From Rhizaria sp. SCN 62-66 (lineage: Eukaryota): a stretch of 35,602 nucleotides of DNA. Under the pieces are notes generated by a model. It did no database searches. It saw nothing but the letters and a program-made list of their open reading frames with translations, and had not been told where the DNA came from. Of the stretch, positions 11,101 to 24,300 are shown in pieces; position 1 is the stretch's first letter; the number at the start of each line of letters is the position of its first letter. The translations under genes were made by a program, and so were the position numbers. Location: contig MEDY01000344.1 of assembly GCA_001724265.1 (NCBI GenBank), positions 1 to 35,602 of the forward strand. The letters are read 5' to 3'.

Positions 11101-12679
11101 GCAAGGCGCGTCTGACAACGAGGACTCTGAAAGCATTGCAACCGCTGGCGACTCAAAGCGTGTTCGTATTGCTCAGACCCCCCCAAAAATAGTGTCAGAA
11201 GTAAAGCCGCCTAGATGTGAGTGGTCGCGTGCGTACCCCGGGCTGATGGCTCTGACACCAGCACACGTGTCAGCCTCCGTTGCCGTCACTGGTTTTGACG
11301 TCGATGCGTTTTACGCGTCGCTCGTTTCAGTGGAACCACCGTTGCTGCCGACGCCGCCACCACGCGCAACCGCCAGGGATCGTCTTGCAGCTGCAGAAGC
11401 CAGTGCGACCGCTAGAAAGGCAGCGACGCAGTTGAATGGTGTGGTTACCTTGCCACCAGTGAACAAAACATCATCGACAGTGGCGGCCATGATAAACCCA
11501 ACGCTGCCGCCGCTTCCTCGGCTGCAACTGCTGTGCTCCTTAGCATCTTGCAGCAACGAGCAAGCTTTTTCGACAGGTGCGGCTGCGTTGGCTGCTATTC
11601 CGGTGCGACCGCCCCCGAGTTCATTGGCGTATGTGTTCTGTGGCGATAGTCACACGTATACAGAAAGCGGTGACGGTGCCTCCTTTTTAGTGGATGCTGG
11701 AGCAGCATTGGCGTTGCCGACACTGCTGTTAGGCGATGTCACGAATACCGGTCACTATAGTACTGACGGTTTCTGGTCTCATGCTAGCGCACAGAGCCAT
11801 GACAACCAGAATGATGCCACTCTGGCAACAGACAGCAATTCAAGTTTGAGTGAAACTGGGACGCGCACGACTACGACTACAACAGTATTTTCCAGCACAG
11901 ACGTCGCATCCCCGCGTGTGTGGCCGCTGTATCGCGCAGCATTAGTTGCCGCCGACACTGCACTGTGCCGCGCTCTGCCTGTCGTTGCGAGCCTTGTAGT
12001 CGCACAACAACAGCAACAGCAGCACGCTCGCAGTCCTCTGTCAAACTCGGCTTTTAGCGACACGCACAGTCCATTTGCCGCTGGGGCGCGTTTTTTCCCT
12101 GGCACGTCCCCTGTGCCCGCCGCCGAGGCGATGCTTTTGCGGCACCTGCGCTGGGAGCGCGCGCACCTCACGGGTACGCACACGGGTACTCGCAGCACTC
12201 CCACGAGTTCCGGGTCCGTGACGTTGTCGCAATGGGGCGCCGGCCGTCTCTGCGCCGCCCCCACCACCAACACACCCGCGGCCAGAAAGGCGTCGCCAGC
12301 CTCCGCAGCGCCAGCGCTCAGCGGCGCAACCGCCGCGACCGCGACTGTCGGGTGGGCAGATACTGCGGCGGCAGCGACTGTGGTGGTGCGCAGTGTAGAG
12401 GTGGAGTTTGTCGCGCGCGGCGCTGTGTGCTGGCATAAACGCGCACCACACCGGGCCAACGCCACTGTGCACGCACTGCGGATTGACTTTGCGCCTTTAT
12501 CGCACAGGAGCGGCAACAGTAGTGACAACAGCGGTGCAAGTGCGGTTGCAGCAGTGACCATGGGCTCAGTGACTTCGGTGACGACAGTGCAGCGGTGCTT
12601 TGATCCGGAGTGCAGGGGATTTACGGGGCCAGAAGTGCGACTAGACAACTTTGATTACGACAAGCCCTTGCTTTTGTGA
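8195..12679 (+). CDS. PRIMPOL: PrimPol DNA primase-polymerase (about 1494 aa, heavily expanded), read through in-frame TAG at 8519-8521
   Basis: AEP motifs 'YYEVV..PVRPYLDIEL' (DxE), 'KLSRHVV' (SxH), 'VDTGVYTRNRCFRL', and a C-terminal UL52-type Zn finger 'CWHKRAPHRAN...QRCFDPEC'. ORF 8195-8521 (ATG start) is in frame with 8534-12679 (GTG start). Ends TGA. Confidence 0.88.
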
Positions 12680-13610
12680 TCTCCCTATCCGTCACATCTT
12701 CGCGAGCAGTCTCGGTACCCGACTTACTCGAATCGTCGACGGAGACGACGGACGACGTGCGCCCGTCGCCCCCTCCAATTGCATTAAGCCAATTTCCAGC
12801 ACGCATCCATACGTGCATTTGATACCCGTTCTATCTGTCGTATAATAAATAGAAGTGCCGTTCTAAAACATCCTTTATTGTGTGGTGTTCGTGTATCTAT
12901 GAGACTTAAACATTGGTTCGCGCAGGTGGTGCCCGAAGATCCGGCAGCCAGACTCCAGCTTCGTTTGATGCTATCTCATCTGTACAAATGCAGTCATTGG
13001 TGGGCGCGCAACTTATTATGTGAGGGTGCTATATAAAGACTTGGAGTCGTTGTTTGCAATCTTGATGTTGTCACACAATCACGTCGTTTTCATGGGATTT
13101 ACTTGCGGTCGTTGGTGCCTGCTTCTGCAGCGTGCTCCTTCCAGTCACCAACGAGTCGTTTAAGACTTTTTATCAAGACATCAAGGATTGTAAACGCGTT
13201 AATCCACTATAGCTTGACAGTTCATATATTTTTGTTGTATAGTCAGTCGATTTTATTTACTGAATAACTCGTAAATTGGAATATCCCGTGTCAGTCCGTC
13301 ATGACTGGGAGCAACACAATGGGAGCAACTGAAGCTGAATTTACCTAACCTATTTGAGAGAGATAATCGTCAAAAGACAGATTCGCTACTGTTTTACAAC
13401 ACCAAGCATGTGTGCAACTATAATAATTTATTTGTGCCTTCTAGAATATGAGTTAAAGACTCCAACCAGTTGATATGCACAACCCGATCCACGTGGGTTT
13501 AGATCTCATCCTCCGCTCACCCCTCCACGCCCCATATGTCTTCTCACGACAATATTCTATCTAATAACTCCTATGACACGATTTTCATGTCGCGCATCTT
13601 GCTTTATCAG

Positions 13611-15059
13611 ATGCGTCTTTTGGCGTCCGCGCTTGTCGTCGCGCTGGCTGCAGTGCTAACTGGCGCGTTGCTCCTTTTATCGACGCCGCGTGCGTCGATT
13701 CCCGCCCACCTCCTGCATCACCCTCTGATCTACACTGAGAACTTCATCCCGCCCGCCGTGGGCGCCGAACTACTCGAGCTCATTAAGACCATGCGCGTGT
13801 TCCCGACTAACGCCGCGGACACCCAGTTCTACCGCACCCTCCGCGAGGACATTGGCGAGGCCGTCCCGCTCACTCCCACAGCCCCTAACTCTACCGGCGC
13901 CGTGGCTGCCTCGGGCGCTAGCGGCCGCTGCGAGCACCCGTTCCTGATCCCCAACAAGAACCGCACCGCGTGCGTCCTTCCGGGTCGCGTCGACGTCGCA
14001 CGCCACTTCATCACCACTGGCGGCCCCGACGGCGTCAAGGAGAGTTACTCACGTCTGCTTTCGCGCGTGCAGTCGTTCGGCCGCTACATGTTCGATCTGG
14101 ACCAGTACCCCGTCGTGCAAGCGCTCTTTGCCTCCGAGTCGTTCAAGCGCTCGGCGCAGGGCGTGTGCCCGGTCGGCAAGCGGTACTTGGACCCGTTCCA
14201 GTTCAACTTTATCATGCAAGTTCCCGGTCAAACGGTCGCGATGCACATTGACGCGCCGTACTTTTGGGGTGCGACGCGCTTCGAGTTTCCGCAGTGGCTG
14301 CTGGCCGTTATGGTCTTCTCGGGGCTGTTCCAGGACCGGTTTGTGGACCAGGTGCAGATCGTCGGATATTTGCACCAGTGGCAGCCGTCGCCGGAGCGTC
14401 AGGGAGAGTTCGTCTACTGGGACACCGAGGCTGACGTGCCGCTCAAAGAAAGCCCCGTCCCGCTGGCCGGGTCCGCGGTTGACGGCAGCAAGCTCGTCCA
14501 CGCAGCGGCCGTGTACCGCCCAGCCGACGCGCCCCCGCGCATGGACAAGAGCAAGGGCGCTGAGCTCCGCTACCGCGGCTCCAGCAAGGGCGGTGACAAC
14601 AAGAGAGTGGGGAGCGACGATGTATGGGATTTGATGGAGGGCGAGCGGCGTCTGGCGTCGTACTCGACGGACGACCTGCGTATCACGATCGTGTACCGTG
14701 CGCGCTGCTTCAAGGATGCCGCCGAGGCCGAGCGTTTCAGGAAGCTGCCACAGGAGGATGCGATGTCGCTCGAGTTTGTGCTTAGTAAGCTGCTCGACGA
14801 GCTTATCCGCCGCGGCGCAGTCACTGAGGCGGACAAGCAATACTACCTGACGGGCTCGCGCGGCAGTAAGCCTGCCGCGGCGGCGAGTGCGTTGAGTGAG
14901 GCCCGGCTTGAGCTCGCGGTGAAGTTGCTGGAAGAGTACGTCAAGTACCCGCTGGCAACGGCCGACAAAGCCTTGATTCCGTACAACTACTGCGCGCTGG
15001 GCCAGCTGTATCCCGCGCTGAGCCCCGTCATCGCGCTGCTTTGTCCTGCATCGGACTAA
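13611..15059 (+). CDS. Uncharacterised protein with N-terminal signal peptide/anchor and a 2OG-Fe(II) dioxygenase-like motif pattern
   Basis: Hydrophobic N-terminus 'MRLLASALVVALAAVLTGALLLL' (ATG 13611; the ORF is open from 13536 through AT-richer sequence); 'PGQTVAMHID' (HxD), distal 'LVHA' His and 'LRITIVYR' Arg; ends TAA. Confidence 0.6.
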   Translation: MRLLASALVVALAAVLTGALLLLSTPRASIPAHLLHHPLIYTENFIPPAVGAELLELIKTMRVFPTNAADTQFYRTLREDIGEAVPLTPTAPNSTGAVAASGASGRCEHPFLIPNKNRTACVLPGRVDVARHFITTGGPDGVKESYSRLLSRVQSFGRYMFDLDQYPVVQALFASESFKRSAQGVCPVGKRYLDPFQFNFIMQVPGQTVAMHIDAPYFWGATRFEFPQWLLAVMVFSGLFQDRFVDQVQIVGYLHQWQPSPERQGEFVYWDTEADVPLKESPVPLAGSAVDGSKLVHAAAVYRPADAPPRMDKSKGAELRYRGSSKGGDNKRVGSDDVWDLMEGERRLASYSTDDLRITIVYRARCFKDAAEAERFRKLPQEDAMSLEFVLSKLLDELIRRGAVTEADKQYYLTGSRGSKPAAAASALSEARLELAVKLLEEYVKYPLATADKALIPYNYCALGQLYPALSPVIALLCPASD

Positions 15060-15639
15060 GATCCAACGGCAGCAGGAAGAGAGATTTTGACTTTGACGAC
15101 CAATTTTATCTGTGACCTCGTCACAAATCACTTAAATAAACTCACTATAGAATTAACAGCAACGTTTGGTTGTGAATTTTGTTGCTATAATATATTAATA
15201 TAGCAATATCACACAGATATCGTCGCAAAACGCTTGCTGAGCCCCCTTTTCCAGTCAAAACGGTTCGCAAAGTCGCCGGTTCAGAACGGTTCACCACCGG
15301 ATTTATCAATGTCTGTAGAGAGTGACCATTAACGCATATAGTGCTTCTAATAATGCAGCCGTAGTGTTTGTACACTCTTTTATGTTATATTTTGCATGCG
15401 AGTGTTGAAGACCAATTCGCACGCCACTATGACTCATTTAGTTTCCCCCAACGAGCCACTCTCATTTGCCCACCTTCACGTACTGATTTCGCACCCTCCT
15501 GTAATATAGAACAAATACCCACCTTGTTGGACGTTACCATCACGTACAAGGGACTTGACAGAATACTGAAGTCACTGCATTCTGCGCCTGTGCGCCCGCT
15601 GTCGCGCTTCTGCACGCTGTCTTTCCCCGCTGCTCCCTA

Positions 15640-18600
15640 ATGTCCTTCTCCTCCCGTCGTGGGTTGCCGCGCCAGAGCGACCCTTCGCTGAGCATCGACG
15701 CCCGCAGCGCCAACACCAGTGCAGACAGCGTTGCGCGCTACTTGGAGGAGATTAACCGACGCAACAACCGCGGAGCTTCACCTTCTCGCGGCTCCTCGCC
15801 GGCAGTCTCCGCCGCCTCTGGCACCGCGACCCCCACGCCGTTCAACCACAACAACAGCGCGGCTGGCGCTGGTGCTGCTGCTCCCGCGGCTGCCGGTGGC
15901 GACGCGGGGACGACGCGGTCCGTTACAGCGTCCGGCAGCGACGCGTTCTACGCCGGGGCCCCGCTCGCCGACACGTCTTTCTACTACGCCAGCGGCCACC
16001 CGCAGCGCCCCAGCGTCAGCGCCAGCGTCAGCGCCAGCGTCAGTAGCGCGAGCACGAGCACGGGAGCGGCGTCGGTGACGTTCGGCGCCGGCCAGGTGGC
16101 GAACTACACGCCGCGCCACTCGCGCGCGGGATACGGCGGCGGGGCAAGCGCCGGTGCCAGTCCACACCGCGGCTCTGCTTTGAGCCTCCACGGTCACGGT
16201 GCCGCCAGTCATCCCCCTAGTCGCTCCCCCGGTCCGGGCCACGGCCAGCTTGGCCACTACGGCGCCGGCGGTGCGACGACTCTGGACCTCCACGGCCAAA
16301 GCACGGCGCCGCCGACCGTGCCAGGCTCCCCTGGTCACTTGAATCTCGCCGCACTCGCACAGGCACCCTCCTCTTCGCGGCCGTCGTCAACCGCGTCGTC
16401 ACTGGCCGACGGCTCATCCTCCACAAACGCTGTGACCGCTGCAACAGCAGCCAGCCGCTCTTCTGGGGCGACTGGAGTAGCGGCGGCGGCGACGGCGGCG
16501 GTGTTGTTGACGGCAAGGGATGCGTGTGCGCAGGCGCAGGCGCTAGCGTTGACCGATAGCGACTACGGCGCTGCTGAGGCCGCCGCGGTCGCCAGCGCTG
16601 CGAGACCACGGTCCACCCGCGCGCTCATTATAGCTGCTGACTCCAACGCCAGCATTCCCGCAGATGGCAACAGCGAATCGAGTGGATCGGCTGCTGGAGC
16701 TGTCGAGAAACACACTGATGTGAACAAGCATCAGTCGCCGCAGTGGCAACAGCAGCAGCAGCTTTCGCAGCTGCGGTATGTGTCCTCCGCGCCTTCTCTC
16801 GGCGCACTTACCGCCGCTACCGCCACCACAAACAGTTCCAGCAGACGCAGCGGCGCGGCGGGTATTGCGCCCGGTGCAGTCGCGGCCGGCCACCGCATTG
16901 ACCTACTCAACCTCGACTCTCCCACCTCGGCCTCTGCGAGTACGTCTGTGAGCAGTAGAGGGCCGGCGCCGACTGTGGTGACCGTGAGCGCAGGCTGGCT
17001 GCGGGGCGCGCGCGACTGGCTTCCCGGCGCGCCTCACGTTGCGCTCCCCTCGCTTGAGTCAATCATCGCGCTACTCCAGCCCGTGGATGACGATGCGGCC
17101 GACTGCGATGCAGACGCCGCCAATCCCGCCACGCACTCTGGCAATAACAACGGCAACGGCGGCGGCGGTGGCGGTGCTAACGCTCTGGTTGCGCTGCCGC
17201 CACTGTCGCCGCTGCTCTGCGTGCCGGGCGGTCCCGTCGCGCGCGGCGACCGCCGTAGCCACGGCTTCCAGCGGCCGCTGCACCCGCGCCAGCTGCTCGT
17301 GTGGGCGCAGATCGCGCTGCTTCTGGTCACGTTTGCCTGGCTGTTCCTCGCGACCGTGCGCGCTGACACACCGCGCATCGTCCTGGGCGTCATCGCAGCA
17401 CCTTTCGTGCTCGCCGGCGTCGTCGCGTTCGTTGTCGTCTCCGTGGCCGACCCCGCGATCGCCGAGCTCGCGCTGGTTCCGGTCCGCGCCGCTGACATCG
17501 CCCGGCTGGACCGCGCGCTCAACGCGTCGGGCGGCTGGGTCCCGCGCCGCGTGCCGGAACTCGTGCACCGTGCGTACCTCGCCCTCCGCGCAGCCGCGAA
17601 ACCCCTCGCGGACAGCGACGGCAGCGACGCCAATGGCGATACCAACACGCACAACAACAGTAACCACAGTAGTGAGGACGTGGTGGCGCGCCGACTGCAG
17701 GATGGGCTCGACGTTACCGGCGCGCCGCTTGTCGGCCGCGGAGGCGTCGTCCTATCCCAGCCAGTCTTCGCCACCGCTGCGCAAACGCAGACCCACGCAG
17801 TCGCCGGCGCTGTGGCGGTCAGCGCGGGCAACACCTCGAGCAGCAGCAGCAACAGCAGCAGCGCTGGCAGCGGTCGCGACTGTGGCCAGTGTAGCGCCGC
17901 GGGCGGCGACTGCGCCCACACCCACACCCGCGCCCACGCGCAGACGCAGGCGCCTGTCAGCATCGGCTGCGAGCTGCAAGGCAACGACGCGGAAGACCCG
18001 GACGCGGTCTCGCTCGGCACCGGTCCACGCCGCGCTCCTCAAAGCGCCGCCGCAGCCGCGCACGCCGCTGCCGCTCGCAGCGATGGCAGCGACGGGATGA
18101 CGATCGCGACGTCGTTCGTGCCCGGTCCAGGCTGCCCGCGCGCTACGGCCCGCGCCCCCGCGTTTTGGTGGCCGCCGGCGCTGCTCGCGGAGGCCGAGCT
18201 GGCCTCTGGCGTTGAGCGTCGCGCGCGCTTCTCGTCTCTGCTGCCTTCGTCGCCACACGGCACAACACTCGGCGCAGCGCATAATGCGGTGCAGCGTGGG
18301 CCTTCAGTCGCCGGTCACGCCGCGGTGAGCTGGCCGCCCGTTCCCGACGCTGCGCGCGCCGCCCCGCGGGCCCGCGTCGCATCGCCACGCGATACTCTCA
18401 ACGCCGCACTGCGCGGGGACGTTACCAACTGTTTTGCGAACGACAAGGTGTCGGGGCTCGGTGTGGTCGTGCTCACGATCACCGCTGACGAGCGTGAGCT
18501 GCCGCCACCCGCTGACACCATAAACGCAAGTAGCCCGAATGTAAATGCTGCTGTGGGCTCCACAGGGCTCGCGGCCGCTCCGAGCGCGAATGCGAGTGTG

Positions 18601-20497
18601 AGCGTGGAGTGGCTACCGGCGCGCGGTATCGTTTGCCAGCGGTGTCGCGTCGAAGCGCCAGCCTCAGACCCGCGCCGCAAGCACTGCTTCGTCTGCAACA
18701 AGGTACGATTCTCTTCTCTATTATCTTCTAAACTAACAGTACTTCTCTCTCATGCGTTGTAAACACATCCGTCCACAGCTTCAATTTGCCCATCAGTCGC
18801 CCCGTGTTCTTTAACTTCAATCTCATGTCTCTATTCTTTTGTTTTCGCTTTGCACAGTGTGTGTCTGGGTTTGACCACCACTGCCACTTCCTCAACACCT
18901 GCATCGGCTCCCGCAACTACCGCTCTTTCTTCACCCTCATCTCCTGCCTCCTTACCGTCGAACTCACCGTGCTCGCCGCGCTCATCTACACGTCAGTGCT
19001 CTCCTTCTCTGAGCCCGCGAAGCTGACCCTCACGCCGCTCGCAGGCTCGCTCACTGCGCTGCGAGTGCTCGTGCTCGCGGGCGCGGCCAACGCGGCGGGC
19101 GGGATCGCCGCGGTCGGAGCGCTGTGGTGTTTCCACGTCCTGATTGCGCTGCAGGGCAAGACGACATACGAATGGCTTATCGCCCGGCAACAGAGGCTGG
19201 TACGTGTACAGTTTAATCAAACGCGTTTATGTCAATTTAACTCACACACGTCATATATATTTGTATCTTATTTTCGGTCAATCTTCTTCTAACCCGTAGA
19301 ATGTCTTCTTCTTTTTTTCCTTTTTCTTTGTTCTAACAAATTTAGCGCGAGGTGGAGATGTCCGTTTCAACGTCAACCTCGTCGGTGCAAATGGCGTCCC
19401 GCGCGCGCGCCCGCTCGGCCCCAGACCGCGCCGCCGCCACCCCTAACAATGACTCACAGTACCAACAGAACCAGCAACTCGCTCTGCGGTCACAGCGCGC
19501 TGGCAGCGCCGTCAGCGGCGGCGGCGCGGCCACACCGCCGCCGGCCTCTGCGCGCGGTCTGTTTGCGCGCCACCACCACAGCACCAGCGTCAGCCACAGC
19601 AACAGCAACGGCTACGGCGCGGGCTCCACCCCCAGCCACGCCGGGTTCAGTGGCACGGGCAGCGTTGGCAGTGTGGCTGGCGCGGACGCAGGCAGTAGCG
19701 GCGGGCCGTATCGACCTCCAGCGCGCTCGTTCGGGTCCACGACTCCGACACCGCGGTTCTCCCAACAGCAGCAGCAAGCGCTGCAGCAGCAGCAGGACTT
19801 GGAGCAGCAGCAGCTAGAGCGGCAGTACGGCACGGCGAGCGACCCCTTCGCTGACCCTATCACATCTAGTCGCAGCGACGGCCCTCATAGCGGCGTCGGC
19901 GGTGGTGTCCCGATGCGCGCTGTGGCGCGGCCGCTGTTTGCAGGCTCGTCCGGCCGTTTCAGCTCTGCTGATCGCGGCGGCAGCGACCGTGAGGAACCAC
20001 TCGATGTCATCCGCGAACAGCACGAACACGAGATTCAGCAGCACCAGCAGGAACATCAACATCGGCAACAACAGCAGAGTAGTGACACCGAGATCTCCGA
20101 CAGCGTTCATAGCGGCAGGGGTACCAGTGCCAGCAGCAGCGGGGGAGCCAAGCCCGCGCTCGTGCGCATTACGATCATCCCGCCCACACCGCAACAGCCG
20201 CAGAGCCGCTTGCTGCAAGAGCAGTCACCGCAGCTACAGTCTCAACAGTCCGCTCAGGCGCAGTCTCAGTCTCAGACGCAGTGGGGTCAGACGCAGAGTG
20301 TGCAGTCAACGTTCCATGCGGTGCACGCCGCCGGCAGCCCCGTCAACGAGGCCGGCGAGAGCCAGGAAAGCTCCGTCGACACGGGAGACGCGGACGGTGC
20401 GTCTGTGACCAGCGCTGCGGCTGCTTTTGTGGACGCGGGCGACATTGACGTTGCTGATGTTGTTGTTGAGGTCGACGCCACTGAGGCCTTGGCGTAA
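15640..20497 (+). CDS. DHHC palmitoyltransferase (ZDHHC1/11-like); exons 15640-18702, 18858-19199, 19346-20497 (about 1518 aa)
   Basis: Splicing rebuilds 'CQRC...KHCFVCNK|CVSGFDHHCHFLNTCIGSRNYRSFF' and 'KTTYEW'; N-terminal 'RRSHGFQRPLHPRQ' plus 2 TMs. Both introns are phase 0 and restore the frame. Ends TAA. Confidence 0.9.
18703..18857 (+). other. Spliceosomal intron 1 of the DHHC gene (155 nt)
   Basis: GTACGA...TTTGCACAG, AT-rich; removal joins CNK to CVSGFDHHC. Confidence 0.9.
19200..19345 (+). other. Spliceosomal intron 2 of the DHHC gene (146 nt)
   Basis: GTACGT...long pyrimidine tract, CTAAC branch-like motif, TTTAG; joins in frame to ORF 19352. Confidence 0.85.
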
Positions 20498-21384
20498 GCC
20501 TGACGATGCGGCGTTTGACGTCGCATTGTCCCTGCGTTATAAGCATTGATATAGCATTGTCTTTGCTCACCGTATCATATTGTATCTTTATTCTCATCAT
20601 ATTCTGTGCAAGTAATATTGTTGCTTGTATCCTTCTTCCCTTTGTTTTGTCACTGTCTACTACCTTCCCACCACATATTTAGCTATTCATATCGTGTTTT
20701 TTCGTCTGACTGCGATACGCAACACTTCCGTGCGTCCTTTTTGTGTAAGTGTCTATCCAGAGTCTTATCGTGAGCGTGTACTGTTTATAATCGATTGCTC
20801 ATATTATGTTTTCACCACAAACGCTGTCTGCACTGCAGTCGCATGTGCGTGAGTGTAGCACGCTCGTAGCCTTTAGAGGCGTTGACCTCCTGTCTTGTCA
20901 CCATTCGATCGCTTTCTCTACAAGTGCACACGATGACACGACCGCATGCGAAACACGCTTCATTGCTTTGCGCGGAGTTGCCAGTGTGTTAATGCGCTTG
21001 TTTTAGCGCTCATGTAGAGGCATCCAGAAACAGTGTCACTTTTTGACGCACCTTCTTCGAAACTACCGATATCTAGTGCTTTTTCCGTTCATTATTACCG
21101 TGAGTTTGTCACTCTCCGTTGTCATTCTCCGTAATTCATTTAGTGAATATGTACGAATATCATGTCCACTGTAGACAGATATTGGCTACAGAATCCTACC
21201 ACATCCATCTGAGGTTATATAAAATACACTCAATTGTTGATGAGCGGAGCACATGAAGGAAAATTGGCAATAGGTCTGTATTGTGTGATACGACATGGAA
21301 GATAAACATGTGTAAGAATAGATATTAGATATAGGTAGCAAGTCTAACAGAATCATGACTGAGTAGTGAACGAAACGCGCAGTT

Positions 21385-24300
21385 TTACCACCAGCCGCCC
21401 TCGTACTGCGCAAACGCCTCAGGTAGCGCGGCCGCGTAGAGCGCGCCGAGCGTCGACGCGCTCACCGGCATTTGCGAGAGCGGCAGCGGCGGCAGACTGC
21501 GCTGCGCTCGCACGCCCGCGCGCGTCGGCAGCAGCGCCACCGCCGCGTCCGGCAGCGACAGCGCCAAAGCGAGCGCGAGTCCCGACCAGGGTTGCGCAGC
21601 GCCGCCGATGGCAGCGGCCACGTCCTCGTCGCCGCTGCCGCCGCCGGAGCCGACCGACACGCACCACTCCTGCCGCTGCACCGCCGGCAGCGGCTGCGGC
21701 GCGCGGGCCGGCCGCGGCGGCGCTCCAGAGCCCGCCCCAGCAGCGGCAGCAGCAGTGGCGGCGGAGAGCGCGGCGAGCGCGGCGACCGTGGGGAAAGTCT
21801 GGATGTGCGCTGGAGCAGCGGCAGTGGGCGCGCGGGGAGCCCACAGCGCAGCCAGCACGGCGCGCGCCCACAGCAGCGTGGTCAGCAGCGGCACCAGCCG
21901 TCCCCCGCTCTTCTGGCCGTCGCCGCTGCTGCTGCTGTCGCCGTGCGAGGGGCTGGGCGTTGCGCCGCACACGGCGAGAGCCGCGGCGGCCACGCTGCGG
22001 TTGAGGCCGGACAGCGCCAGCGACGGCGGGGCGGCGGCCAGTGCGCCGCGCGCGATGACCGCGGCCGCCGCTGAGCCGGCAGCAGGCGCGGGCGAAGCCG
22101 CGGTCTCCGCCGCCGCCGCCAGCAGCAGCGCACCGAGCGCTGTAATGACGGGGGCAGAGAGGGTGGGCGATGCAAAGACTGCGCCGATGGCCGTTGGACG
22201 CGCGCGCGAGATCGAAGCAGGCGCGGCCGTAGCGTCTGCGCCGGCGCGAGCGTTGACGTTCACAGTCGTCTCGAAAGCAATGAGCTCGCTGGTGGTCGCC
22301 ACGCACGCCAGCCGACCGCGGCCGATGCTGACGCCGCTGGCGCCGTCCGCAATCGCGGCGGAAACGCGCTCCCGCTCAGCGGCAAGCAGGCGCTCGAGCA
22401 GTGCAGTCGCAGAGTCGGCCGGCGCCGCCACAGCCGCGTCTGCGGGTGAGAGCAGCGCCAGATCAACCGGCCGCCAGCGGCGACACACGCGCACCACAGC
22501 CGTAGGTGCCTGCGCCTGTCGCAGCGAGACGGAGAACGGCGTCCAGCCGCCGCGCCGGACGGTCTGTGCCCCGCCCGCTGGCTCTGCGGTGGGCGACGCG
22601 TCGGAGGCATTGAGCACCCAGTGTCCCGCGCCCGCGCCGCGGTGGAAGCGGCCGACAGCCATGGCGACGGCGGCCGCGCCCGCCGTCGCAGTGGCCGCCG
22701 CGGCGGGGCCCGCGGGCGCGGCGGCGTAGGCTGGGAAGTGCAGCAGCAGCGCTTCAGTCGCGTTGTTCAGCCCGGGCGCGTGGTGCGCTGGGTTGGTGCT
22801 GGGCGCGCCACGCAGCAGCAAGACGGTCAGTGTGGAGGCAGCGTGTGCAGATTGCACTGCGCGGGCCAGGGCACACGCTCCTGCTACCGCGCACGGCTCG
22901 GTCACCGCTGCACTTGCGCCGCTCTCCGTCTCACTCTCAGTCTTGACGACCGTAGGCGCAGTGAGAGTCGCCGCGGCAGCCGCAATCGCCGCCGTCGTGG
23001 CAGCCGCAGCTGCCGTGGTGGAAACCGCGGGCGCCGCGCGGTCGCCGGCCGCTGCCACCACGGTTGACTGCGCGCCGCCTGCGCTCACGGTCGCAACTTC
23101 GCCGCCGAGCGTCAGCGTGCCGCGGGCGCTCGTGGCGCCCGCAGCGGCCGCGGCGGCGGCGGCCGCGGAGGCCGCGGCTGCAGTCGCGCGCAAGTGCGCA
23201 CGCTGCGCCGCCAGAGGGCCCGCGACGGCGCCAAACGCAGGTCCAGACCCGGCAGCCCTGGGCACGGGTAAAGACGCTGGCGCCGGCACTGCGAGACGCG
23301 AAGCGAGCCGGGCCGCGGCGAACGATGCCAGCGCGTGCACTGGGCGCAGGTGGCTTACGGTCACCATCGGAGGCGGCGCCTCCGCCACCACGCCACCGCC
23401 GCCGGACGAGCCCGTGCCTGCAGTGCTATCAAAAGTGTCGACGGCTCTACTGGCGGCGGCGTCACCGGCGGGCACGGCGGCGAGCTCAGCCCACAGCGGC
23501 GTCTGCGGCGACGCGAACTGCGAGCTCAGAGGCGGCAGAGGCCCGCCGTGCATTGCGTGGCCTCCCGCGGCCGCACGCACTGCATCGGCCGCACGCACTG
23601 CATCGGCCGCAGATGCGCTGCTGTTGCAGCTGCTTTCACGGTCCCCGTCCTTGCTGTTAGGACTGTTTGCGCTGCGGTCCGCGCGGTCCGCGCGGACCGA
23701 GTCGGCGCCGAGCCCCGCCCAGTCTGCGCGCGCACCCACGCCGCCGGCCGCTGCGGGCCCCGCGGCGGCGGAGGACAGCGAGAGAAACGGCGCGGAGTAC
23801 GTCAACCCTGCGCTCGCACCGTTGAGCCACACCGTGCGGCGCAGCAGCAGCGGCGTCTCTTCCAGCAGCATTGCGCCCGCGCTCGCGCCAGGGCCTGTCA
23901 CGGCGGGGCTCGCATAGGGGGCGTTGTTGGCGTGCACAGGGTCTGCGGCGCCACCAGCCACCGCAGCGCCGCTGCCGGCAAGACCCGATGACGCGCCGTC
24001 AAGGCCCGGGCACAGGAACGCCTCAGACGCGGCGTCGGCGGCGCGCGCGGCGGCGGCGGCGGTGCCCCCCGCGGAGGCCGCCGCCGCCGACACGGGCGCG
24101 GGAGCGCGCAGCCGGGCCCGCGCTGCCGCGAGCGTGGCCTCGGCCTGCACGACGCCGGCGTGTTGCTCGAGCAGCGCGGTGCGCAGTGCGGTGTGTGCGG
24201 GCGTGCCGGCGACGGCGGCGGCGGGCGTCGCGGTGACGGTGCCGGTCCACGACGCGTGCAGAGCAGCTGAGGCCGCCTGCAGAGCCACCGCCGCGGCGGC

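Noticed and set aside
5383-12679. RP2-ELMO and PrimPol as pseudogenes
   Set aside because: Catalytic motifs are intact, there are no frameshifts, and every interruption is the same codon (TAG). Not formally excluded without reads.
12680-13535. Possible hidden gene or ncRNA in the long intergenic spacer
   Set aside because: No convincing ORF, tRNA/rRNA/snRNA motif or repeat structure recognised by eye; a covariance-model search would be needed.
23569-23611. 18-bp tandem duplication (ADAVRA twice) and similar short coding repeats such as 16011-16043
   Set aside because: Ordinary in-frame slippage in low-complexity coding sequence.
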